64,000 nt of DNA from Azolla caroliniana (taxonomy: Eukaryota > Plantae > Polypodiophyta). Under the pieces are notes generated by a model, which saw nothing but the letters and a program-made list of their open reading frames with translations, did no database searches and was not told the origin of the DNA. The stretch spans positions 2,046,001-2,110,000 of the forward strand of contig JBHGNT010000017.1 of the NCBI GenBank assembly GCA_043228905.1, read 5' to 3'. Position 1 is the first letter of the stretch. Every line of letters begins with the position of its first letter. Positions 49,581 through 60,351 of this stretch are shown here, piece by piece. Position numbers and translations under genes: made by a program.

Positions 49581-50465
49581 TTCTCAATCAATCGAATCAA
49601 ACTCTGAATGTCTGCCCGAAAATTGGGTGTAAATGAACTACTTAATGTGTAAATGACATGGGTATACTTTAGATGTATGTGATGTAAATAACAGAAGACA
49701 GGACGGTGTAGAGGGGGGAGTACATGTATGTGATGTAAATTAGCATAGATGGGGTGGCGTCGTCATGGATGTATACAAAAGGGATAAACAAACGATAGGG
49801 TAAAGATGGAGGCAAATATATATATATATATAATAGACAGACAGAATCATGGATTGGATATGGAGGCATAAATATATGATATATCTATAGATCAGTCGGG
49901 TAGGAAGCATCACAACGCATGTCTATACACTCATGGACATGCTAGATGCCGCCAAATTCTTACCATGATACGGGCGCGGAAAATCACGGGTATACATACC
50001 CCAACCAATAGGAGGTGTAAAGAGAATGGTAAGCAAACGGGCAGTTATCTACCAGCTAGGCCTACACTACCCATTCCTTGTTTAGGTTCAGGCGCATTAG
50101 TGGCCCAATCCGAGAGTAGAGAGCGTGCGGTTGTCAAGTCTTTGCCGTGTGAATGCGACGGACTTGGTCAGATGTATATATCTATTATGACCCCTTCCCA
50201 GCTAAACACCATATTTTCCATGTCTATGTCCCATCAGTAACCTGTTGCTGTTCGGATCCCGCGCCTCAGCAATTTTACTTACACATGTTTGGCTTCCACA
50301 CAGATACATATTCCGTGCACATTCATCATCTGGTACCCCAAACGACTAGGAAGGTTCAATTAACTTATCCTACAGAAGATAAGGAATTCGGAGACACTCT
50401 CGCGTTATTTACTTATTCATCATTTATCCTTACGGGAAGAACATTTTGGTCATGATTGTAGATGG

Positions 50466-50672
50466 GGGGGCGCGCCTGTATGACCTCGGCGTCAGTGCAA
50501 TACCAAGGCGACGCACGCAGCTCCCAGAGACAGCAAGCTGCCTCGAACGGGTGCTGCCCCCCATGAAAGAAATTAGGTTAATATCATGTGGCCTTATAGA
50601 CCACGTATCAGATATTAAACTGATAAGAACAGATACTACACTTGATCTTAGCCAAAAGGCCGAGAAAGGTAT
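50466..50672 (-). ncRNA. U2: U2 spliceosomal snRNA
   Basis: Reverse strand reads ATACCTTTCTCGGCCTTTTGGCTAAGATCAAGTGTAGTATCTGTTCTTATCAGTTTAATATCTGATA, including the branch-point recognition sequence GTAGTA. SL III and an SL IV with an ATTGCACT loop are present. The 3' end is approximate. Confidence 0.95.
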
Positions 50673-50697
50673 GATTTGGGTTTTCCTTCTACTTCCA

Positions 50698-50738
50698 TAC
50701 TTATAGGCTGGACACTAGCAGGCTTCAGTATGTGGGAT
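50698..50738 (-). promoter_or_regulatory. U2 promoter: USE ATCCCACATAC plus TATAAGTA
   Basis: USE at 50738-50728, a 22-nt spacer, then TATAA from 50705 (position -33). Confidence 0.88.
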
Positions 50739-51274
50739 CTCTCTCTCTCTCTCTCTCTCCGTTTTTAATTGCCCTTCTTTCCCACTAACTACCACACCTT
50801 CTCTTGGCGATCAATGTATGTATCTATTGATCCTTACAAGGCACATGACGTGTATTCATGACAACACAACCATACGTGTAAACTTTATTACGCTCCATTC
50901 AACATTCTTCTCCGCACATGACTTTATATATCATGGGTCTACCGACAATCTTTTATCACTCCATGAGATCGGGTATCTATTCAATTTGTTTGGATTTCTC
51001 TTATGTTTATGGATCGGAAGTTGTTTTCATGAAAACATTGTTCTTCCACTCGAGTAATAACTTATGATTATTAAATGTGTTTGGCAAAAAATGTCTAATC
51101 ACTGTGAGTGGAGGGGTGTTCTTGCTAATAATGTGATGCAGATCAGCAAAGCTTCCATGAACCCCAAATGACCAAACTACCATAAGTGTATCCTCGATTG
51201 ATGCTTGAATTGGGTTCGTAGAATAGGTCATTTCTTGCACTTTAGACCATGTGTCTTGAGAATGGTTTAACGAT

Positions 51275-51500
51275 TCAAAGGTTCGGTTCAATTCAGTTTA
51301 GGCCAACTTCTTTAACAGGTTTGAGCTCGGTTTGGGATGGCTCAACTTGAACCAAACTGATTTGGGCCAAAGGGAGTAAGGCTTAATTGGCTTCGCTTAA
51401 CCAATTTAGGAACAAGTTGAATTCAAGTTTGGAATTTGCCAAACCGGTTAACCGGTTTCTAAAGTCGGTTAAGCCAAAACTAAACCGTTGACAATTCTAC
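51275..51500. mobile_element. MITE-like fragment rich in aaccg/cggtt motifs
   Basis: ggttcggttc, aaaccggttaaccggttt and aaaactaaaccgttgacaattcta. Confidence 0.35.
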
Positions 51501-51619
51501 CCACAAGTCCTTGAGCACTTCTCAAGGCAAATCACATATTCATCTCCATGGAGTAGAATCCTATGTAAATGGTCTCTACTACAAGTCCACTTGGAAGAGC
51601 ACTTAACCTTGCTAAGTGC

Positions 51620-52170
51620 TTTATTGGATAAGAGTGGAGTATCAATTGTCTTTGAACTCATTTTTTATGCACAGATGTGTTTGTCTAACAAGGCTGAAGT
51701 TAAATTGATATCAGGTGCGGCACCCCAAAGAACAACAAGGATGTATGGGGTATACAAGTCATTCTCAATGTTTCATTAAAATGTTCGCCGAGAAGGTGCA
51801 ATGTTGCTTTATGGACTCCTTAAAGAGTTTAAATAGACTTGAGGAATGCACCAAACCCTTTGAATTACTAAAGGAGTGACTTGCTAGGGCAACATCCTCT
51901 GATCACCAAATTTGGAAAATGTTTCATGTGCACACAAACATGTCGAATTTCACAATAGGTACAATCTTGGTTCAATCTAGGAACAAAAAGATGGAAGTCT
52001 CTACTAGGTTTGCACGCCATCAACTAAACCTGATGGAACAAATTTATTCTACCATAGAAAAGAGTGGCACTGCAATGATCTACATTTGTCCAAAAAATAA
52101 AATTAGCTTTCCATTTCTTTTTCTATGTGGATCATCAAGCTCTATTGTGCGTAGTAAACAATAAATGTTC
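51620..52170 (+). mobile_element. Decayed Gypsy RT/RNase H fragment
   Basis: FHVHTNMSNFTIGTILVQ...FARHQLN..EQIYSTIEK, compared with the typical FxVxTDASxxAIGAVLxQ...ExNYSTxEKE. Confidence 0.65.
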
Positions 52171-52851
52171 TTCTCAGGTACAAAGTCAGCCATTAATTCA
52201 GTCTAACGTTCAAGAGAAAGACCTGCCAAAAAATATATACTAAGAAATTTAATATGGTTCAAGAAAAAACGAGCTTTCTTCAAATTTCTATGATATGGCA
52301 GAAGCTTTTAAACGAAGAAAAGGAACAAGGTAAGCAGAAATGAGCGATTTTAGCGCATCTATCTGAATAATTCAGCCAAGATAAATGCCTCCTAAGCTGG
52401 TTTATTTAGATATATGAATGCGAAATAGCCCACAAAACCAGAAGAAAAGGATAAACAAAACATCTAGTGTGATTAAGCTCAAGTACCAACACATGACACA
52501 TATTAGAAAAACCCCATATGATGATGATGCAAGACCTCTAGTATTGTACTATCTCCATTGAATAATCATGCATACCATAAGTGTCAATTAATTAAAAACC
52601 TGATGATGGTGTTATCATAAACACAGCATTTTCCGAAATTGTTACCGATTATCTTCCGGCTACCATTCAGGTTTTATACAAACTAGAATAGAGTTGTAAA
52701 TTTCACCCATATTCCATCACAGATCATAATGTGGGTATCATCAATAGCCTTTTGTGTACTCAACTCCATTTTCAGAGCTTAGAAAAGCTTCCTAGCACAG
52801 GTTAACTCCACTCCCAGAGGCAAAGTGGTAGGTAAGGCAAACGTACTCAGC

Positions 52852-53958
52852 TCACCTGCGCATCAAAGATCCACTGTCACGCTGCATATCATATGAACCC
52901 CAAGCAGATCCAGAACCATCTCCAGACATTCTCATCTGTAGTGACAAAGCAAATTTAAAATATTATTATGAGAACATGAAAGCTCTAAATGTGACTAGTA
53001 TGAAAGCCTTATGAGAAGAAAGTTAAATATATCATAATCCCAGGATGAAAAGGGAAAATTATAGCGTACATCAACCTGGGAAACACCGTAGGAATCTCCA
53101 TAGGATGCAGTTCGAGGATGACCAGAGTCAGACATACCATACAATCCAGAAGCATAAGACCCTGTTATATTCAGTAAACCAATCACACCAAAACCCATAA
53201 GAGTCATTGATAATCTTTTTCATATTTCACAAAAAATATTACTCTGTGCGTTCAAGTCTGAATGGGCCAACTCTGCATGAAGCTTTTCAATCTCTCTAGA
53301 CATCGAGAATAGATTCTTCTCCATTACTCCCCTCTGGTCTAGTAAGTCAGCATTTGCTTTCTTTTCATATTCGAATGCAGCTCTAGCCCCATCAACACAT
53401 ATCATTTTTAGCTTTCTGATGAGAAAAACAAAATATGTTGAGGATATCTTTGAAGTTTTGAGTTGTCTACCTGGCTCGGTTTATCTCATCCTGAAGACCT
53501 TCCATCTCAGCTTTGAGGGCAGGAACTTGTTGAGAATCAGATCTGACCTTCTGAATTTCTCGTGTCAGTTCATTGAGCTGGCTCATAAGGTCCTGCTTGA
53601 CAGCAAGAAGCTTGTGTGCATTGGCTTTAGCATTCTCAAGCTCGGATTTCAATGGCTGTGCTGCTCGAACATGTGCTTCAAAATTGGCTGTCTTATCGGC
53701 CACTGCTCTAATCTGCTGTTCTGTTTCAATCTGTAAAATAGGAAGTGTTTGCTGTCCTCGCTGGACATCACGTTGTGTAAGTGCAAGTTCCTGCCTGAGA
53801 GCCATATGCATTGCAGCCAACCTCTGGTTTTCAGATAAAATCCTCTGTATCTCATTATGTTGTGTCAATACTTTTTGCTCCAGCAATCCCATTGAAATAT
53901 CCCCTGCACCAAACAGATGGCTACGAGCTCCAAGAGGATGATGTGATCTTCCAGACAT
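52852..53958 (-). CDS. FLX-like coiled-coil protein, about 265 aa. Coding exons 53958-53471, 53382-53243, 53161-53076, 52935-52852; probable 5' UTR exon ending near 56765
   Basis: LLEQK...QH.EIQR.L.ENQRLAA.H.ALRQELA...VPALKAE...L..E...[12 protein letters not shown]...MEKNL.SM.RE.EKL.AELA, ending [12 protein letters not shown] introns are in consistent phase and the exons sum to 798 nt. Confidence 0.9.
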
Positions 53959-54537
53959 CTGAACTAGGGTGTGTCTGTGTGAATTATAATCAGTTGTTAA
54001 TGATAAGGCCTTATTGAAATGCATATGAAAAAGAATCAGCGTGATTTATCTTATCATTACATATTTCTATCAGGTATACAATTGCTAACATTTAGCTAGC
54101 CAGTTGCCCTTATAAGGCTGGAGATTTATAATATTGCACATCAGGTGTTACATGTGCTCATACATTACGTTACCATTAGGAATTATATGACATATTAAGA
54201 ATTCTAACAGCACAATCAGCAGTACTGTAGCACTTGTTTTAAGATGTGTATTAAACATCATGTGCAATGTTACTAATATGACAGAAAACAGAATAAATGA
54301 GTTTTCATGAATCATTGGAGTGATAAAAGCTTTTTCAATTGTTCAGGGTATATAAAGAGAAGGAAATATTCCCAATTTGATTATGTCAATGACATCAGAC
54401 CAAAAATCAATACTCAAACCGGTTTGAGCACAAATTGAGATGATAAAGAATAGTGGCTGTAAAGAAGAAATGCCAAACTTGCAATGTCAACAATAAAACT
54501 ATATCAACATTCCAATCCGAAATGGTCTATGAGACCA

Positions 54538-54664
54538 GATAAGAGATTACATCGTAAATTGTTGACTCATCTTTGAGAAGAAACCAAATAAATGTTACTA
54601 AATAAGAGACTACATCTTAAATTGTTGCCTCATCTTTGAGAAGAAACCAAATAAATATTACTAA
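54538..54664. repeat. Two-copy direct repeat, about 63 bp
   Basis: ataagaga.tacatc.taaattgttg.ctcatctttgagaagaaaccaaataaat.ttactaa occurs twice. Confidence 0.85.
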
Positions 54665-56228
54665 AACTACTTAAGCTACCGGTCCATTTGCCAAGCACTT
54701 AACAATCTGAGCTTTGATTTGTTGATAACAAGGGTGACAGAGCCACCTATGTGTGGCTTACTTTTTGCCTATTATTTTTTGCTGCTAAAGGAGATCAATC
54801 AGAACCTAAAGGCTCGTGGTAGACCAGCAAGCATCACAACCACCAGGCCAATCAGAATCACACCATCCAAGCAGGTTCTTTCCATGGAAATAGTTAATGC
54901 TAGGATCCAACTTCGATGTTTCACTCCAGGTTCTTCTTGTCTTTGATTCTGGACAGAAATCCCAGTCTCAACTTTTTAGATCATTCCTTGTCAAGAATTT
55001 GAGTTGTTTGAGATTCAAAAGGGGAAAAGGCATCCTTTCTGTTAATTGTATATATAGAGGAATCCTAAGAGGCAAGGAGTTTAGCAAGCAACACAAGGAC
55101 AATTCCCTCTCTGAGAAGACATAGCCAATGGCTACCATCTTATCACTTGAGGTCACCAACTCAAAAATATTTTCAGTAATAGATCTTTCATGATCTTTAA
55201 ATCCTCAAACTGCATAGACAAGTGAATTTGTCTTTGTTCATAAAACAGTTTAAAATAGGCATGTAAAGCATCCCACAACTCTTTTGATATATCCTTAGAT
55301 CCAAATAGAGTTGCTGCCTTCAGAGTAAAGGAATTCATTTGCATAGTATGAGTGTGTTGACCTCTTGCTCAAAACTCATATTCAGCTTCATATCCAAAAT
55401 AACTGCAGGCTCCCTCCAAGATTTTGTATGATGGTCTCCTTCCAATGATGTAAGGCCAAGAACCCCATGCCTTCAAAATAGTCTAAACCATGTTATATAA
55501 GCCACAAAATTTTCTTCTCCAGCAATGTTGGTTTGCTTGTCAACTGTCTACATACTACTTTGGAGAGTAGTGAAGGAATATACAGTTGCTAAGGGAGGAT
55601 AGCTAGGATCCTTCTTTTGATAGCAATGCTAGAAATACAAGAGTAACATGCTGATTGTGGACCACAAACAGACTAAAACAGTTTACAGGAGACAAACATT
55701 TGTATTCAAGGAAAATTGCGACTTGTATAATAATGGTGCATACAACAAAATTATTTTAATAGCAACTAATCAATATATCAAGCAATGGTAGTAAAAAATG
55801 ATAGAAGCACAAAAAGAAAGTTTGACACCCTTTTCTTGCATTTTCTTTGTGTGAAATTCTACAATCATAACATGATGACAAGATGTATGATATATATGTA
55901 TGCAACAGAGGTTTTGATGCATGTAATATGAAAGAATCACAAAACTACAGACAGAACACCAATGATTATTACGTCAAGAGAAAACAGTGTGTGGAGATGA
56001 TGTCAAAAAGCATGGCAAGTTCACGGTTTCCATCAAAGGAAGAGTCTGCTACAAGCCATGTTCGGGAAAAGATGACCAGACACATTTACTAAAATACCAG
56101 TCAAATTTCTGAGCTTACTAATTGGGAATATTTAAAAAGGCACAGTTGCCATAAATAAATATAAAGATTTTCTACTAAATTCCTAGCATTTGTAGTGTTT
56201 ACTCATACTTTTTTTTCCAAGCTTTAAA

Positions 56229-56485
56229 AGGAGACTAAGTCCAAAAACAAAGAGGGTTTTTTTCTAGACCGCTGTTCATACAGAATGAATAGAAATGTTG
56301 CTCTATTTGTTCAGAAGAATTATGAGGTTGTATAACGACTCGCAGTAATCTGCACAAGGAGACTAAGTCCAAAAACAAAGAGGTTTTTTTCTAGACCAAT
56401 GTTCATACAGCATGAATAGAAATGTTGCTCTATTTATTCAGAAGAATTATGAGGTTGGATAACGACTCGCAGTAATCTGCACAAG
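56229..56485. repeat. Two-copy direct repeat, about 128 bp
   Basis: aggagactaagtccaaaaacaaagagg...gactcgcagtaatctgcaca occurs twice. Confidence 0.9.
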
Positions 56486-56984
56486 GAACTGCGAGTTCTT
56501 TGCACTTTTAAAAAATATTGTTTGATGTTTCTGATACAATTTTAACAAGTTTCAGATTTCATCCAAATTTGTCTCAGATTCAGCTCGCAAGATTGTTGAT
56601 TCAAGCATTTTTGGTGGATTGTTGCATATATAGTAACTATTTCATAGGGCAGATTCAAAGCATCGTCATTTATTCGAATGTTTGCCGGTCTCCTGAAACT
56701 TCACTAAGATGATAGAAAGGTTCAGATGGTTTAACCGTGAGTCAGGGACAGAGAGAGCTCTCACCTTCGTCACACGCTCACAAGCAGAGTTGCAGAATCC
56801 GAGTCCACGCAGAAGTGGAACGTCGAAATGAGGAGCTTCCGAGGTTATAGGTCTCTGACATACATGGTGAGAATTTATCATTCAAGTTCCTCTTCACATG
56901 AGGCATGTCCTAAATTTGCATCCATCTTCTTCCGGCTGAAAGGACCGGCGAGACGTCTTCTCATTAACCGGACCGAGTCACATA

Positions 56985-57385
56985 GACACACATATCATTT
57001 TAACATCCACAATTGCGATCAATAAGATGGGTCCTAGCCCATGGCGAGGATCAAGCTTGGATTCTCTTGATTTCTATGACTTGCACACTAATACAGTGTG
57101 AACCACCAAGCTTGGGTTCGGATGTGTGTGGAAATTGAGATGACGTCACTTGTTAAAGCACAATGCCTTCTGCTAACCAGCAAGTAACACACACACACAC
57201 ATCATTTTAACATCCATGGGAGACCGATTGTGATCTATGAGACTCAACAGGGCCTAGCCCATGACGAGGATCAATCTTGGGTTGTGTTGATTTCTATGAC
57301 TTTGATGTTACTACAATGCAAACCACCAAGCTTGGCTTTGCACACACTTGGAATTTGAGAGGATGTTATTGTTAAAGTACAATGC
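56985..57385. repeat. Two-copy diverged direct repeat, about 210 bp
   Basis: atcattttaacatcca...cctagcccatg.cgaggatcaa...ttgatttctatgact...aaccaccaagcttgg...tgttaaag.acaatgc occurs twice. Confidence 0.75.
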
Positions 57386-60351
57386 AAAGGCATTGTCGTA
57401 CTTCATCATCACAACTCAATTGAGCAAATTGTAATTAGCTTACCCTAATGGTAACTTCGTGCACTACTAACACTACCTCTTGTGTTCAAAACCCAATTTC
57501 ATTGCCTCTTTATTACTCCATTTGTATCCTCTTAATTTGCTAGATGCCATTCTCTCTCTCTCTCTATGTCTCAACAATTTTACTCATTGTCAATGTGGAT
57601 ACACGTTTTACTCAACATTTATATACGTATATGGATACACGTTTTATTCATCGGCAAATGTGCAACCATTGGATAAATACCTACCTCTTCACATCATCTC
57701 CAATCTCAAACTAGTGGGTGGGAGAAAGTGATGTCTAAGAGAAACTATTTGAGTTATGTGATAGTGGAATAAAGTCAAGGGAACATTCATTTGTAGATGT
57801 GTGTGTACTACAATATGTGAGGCATTACTATCACGGGTGCCACATGGTAAATTTGTAATGTTTTGTGTGGACATGAAGGTTAATTAATAGGTACCATTAC
57901 ATATTTCAAGTAGGTTTTGAACCATTGTGCCGTGACATGTTATTTATGTCTTAAAATTGTTAGGGACTTTACCGTGTAACCTCATTTGCACAAACCAAAC
58001 ATAGTGATTGATAGGGCAACCTCCATGTAGCATTGGAACATCCATGCCATCGACTTTAACTCGACTACTCCACACACCACATTGTGCCCACTAACCTATT
58101 TAGGCCGAAGTGAGTATCTCGGAGGTCAAATGAGTTCATGAAAATCGATTGCTTTGGACAAAGTTGAAGAACTCACCATTATGAGAGAACTAAGATCACA
58201 TGGTGAAGAATGAAACACACACACCTCAAACATACAAGAGCCATAATTGGGAAGTGACATAGGCATGAGTCATGACATCTCAAGCAAAATAGAATAATGA
58301 AGAGGAGGCATCTCACGGGAGCAATATGATCAATATTGCATTTCCTTTGGCTTTTTATAGGGTTTATTCATTTCAAGTAATTGAACAATCAAACAACCTA
58401 TAAGACGCATATTGTTTTGGTCTCGTTGGCATCTTTAGAGATGTTAATACATTGCATGTTCTTATAATCGATGAAAGAGTTTACTAATTTACAAATCTTA
58501 CGTTTAAGGCAACTTTTCGCTTTAAGATTGTAAACTTTGACTTTTGACTAGTGGTTTCTATGCTAGTTGCATTATAAAAATACTTCATATTTTTAGTTTG
58601 AGAATGACACATACTAACTGCTTTTTAATCCAAATTTCTAGCTTTTAATTATCAAATTGCATTGCCTAATGATTTATCGAAAATAATAATACTGCATTGA
58701 GATAATAAACAATTGAAGTCATCCACAACAATGGATCCATCATTAGGTTTGCTCGAGAGAACACGCACACATCATCGCCTAATGACATCCCAAATTTTGC
58801 TCTCACATGATGAAGAAGATATCTCATCGACTTGCCCATCAAGATCAAGAAGAGAAAGAAACTAAATGCATCAATGGATCAATGAAACCTAAATTTTCAT
58901 CCCAATATTGTTAACACTCTAGTTCATCGATAAGAGCCTTATCAATTTTTAAATGGCACGTGTAGTTGTTGGTGGTTTAAACAACATTTTTTGAAGTATT
59001 GGACCAATAAAAGGGTAAAATGAAACTTGATTTCTAAACTCATGATCCCAAATCCCATTATATAATGTATTTTAATATTAGCTGCAAACTTAAACCCGAA
59101 CAACAAGAAGATGCTCCTTGTGTTTAAGGCATTGCTTTTTGTTGCATGCTACAATGACAAAAAATCGTATGTACTACAATTGAGAAGCCACATACAATAA
59201 AAACAAGTATTATTTATATTCATAAAGGGGAAACCATTTTCATTAGATGCCTCTATTTAGGGTGCTTGGAGTTCAAGGCACAATCTCGTGGTCCTTATCA
59301 AATGACCTTTGGCATTTATACTCTCTTGTTAGCCCCTATTAATTCACTAATTTAGACATGAGAGATTGGATGGGCAAATAGGTGAAACACATACAAGTTA
59401 CAGTTACTAATCATTTCATGGAATCATTTAGGAGACACTAATTATAATGATAGGAACAACTTGACCAACTTCCCAGGAACAACTTGACCAACTTCCCAAT
59501 GAAAGTGTTGCATATGCGTCAATACATAGCAAGGTTTATACAAAGTACATTGTATCTATGTGGGTGTTTCCACATCAAGAAAGGGGTGGATTGATAGATA
59601 TCGTCGTGATGTCCGATTGTAATCTATGGGATGGGGCCATGCATGTTGTGAGAATTGAAACTTGGATTCTATCAAATTACCATGAAGCCAATAAGCCCAA
59701 AAACAATAGAGAATCAAAATCCGAAGAAAATTGTCCTTGCTACCCATTTCAAGGGAGAATATTCATCGATAGACGATATTCATAATGTCCAAAATAATCG
59801 AGAGGTCACGTTGGAGGACATTCTCGAGTCTCATTTGCTTTCAAGATTAGAGCCACATGAAAGAGGGATGCATAGACGAGTGCACCCGAAACCGTGTTAT
59901 GTAGAGAGGAGGCCCAAAAGTGGGACATTCCAATTTCCACTAGAGGAGAATGTACGAAGTGTGTGTGAGTGTTGAACAAAACCAAGGGCCAAGGCGGTGG
60001 TGGGTTGGTGACATTGGAGATAGATCAGAGATGAAAGAGTTGTACATATATATCTACGCGAAATGGCGGCGCCAATCAAGCAGCGGCAGATGCACTCCTG
60101 CTCCTCTTCCTGCTCAGGTAATCTCATCAGTCCGTGATTGAAGAAGAAGAAGAAGAAGCTCCACAACCCCTCTATATAAATAAGCGGGCAACAACACTAC
60201 GCTCCTCAGTACTACATTCCACACACGCACAGCTCTTCTTAGAGAGACATAGAGACTTATTTGGGAGGGCGCCATTAGCTCACCATCGGAGAGGTCTCCT
60301 GCTCTGCTGCTGCTTCAAATATATATATATATACATACATCGAGCATAACG

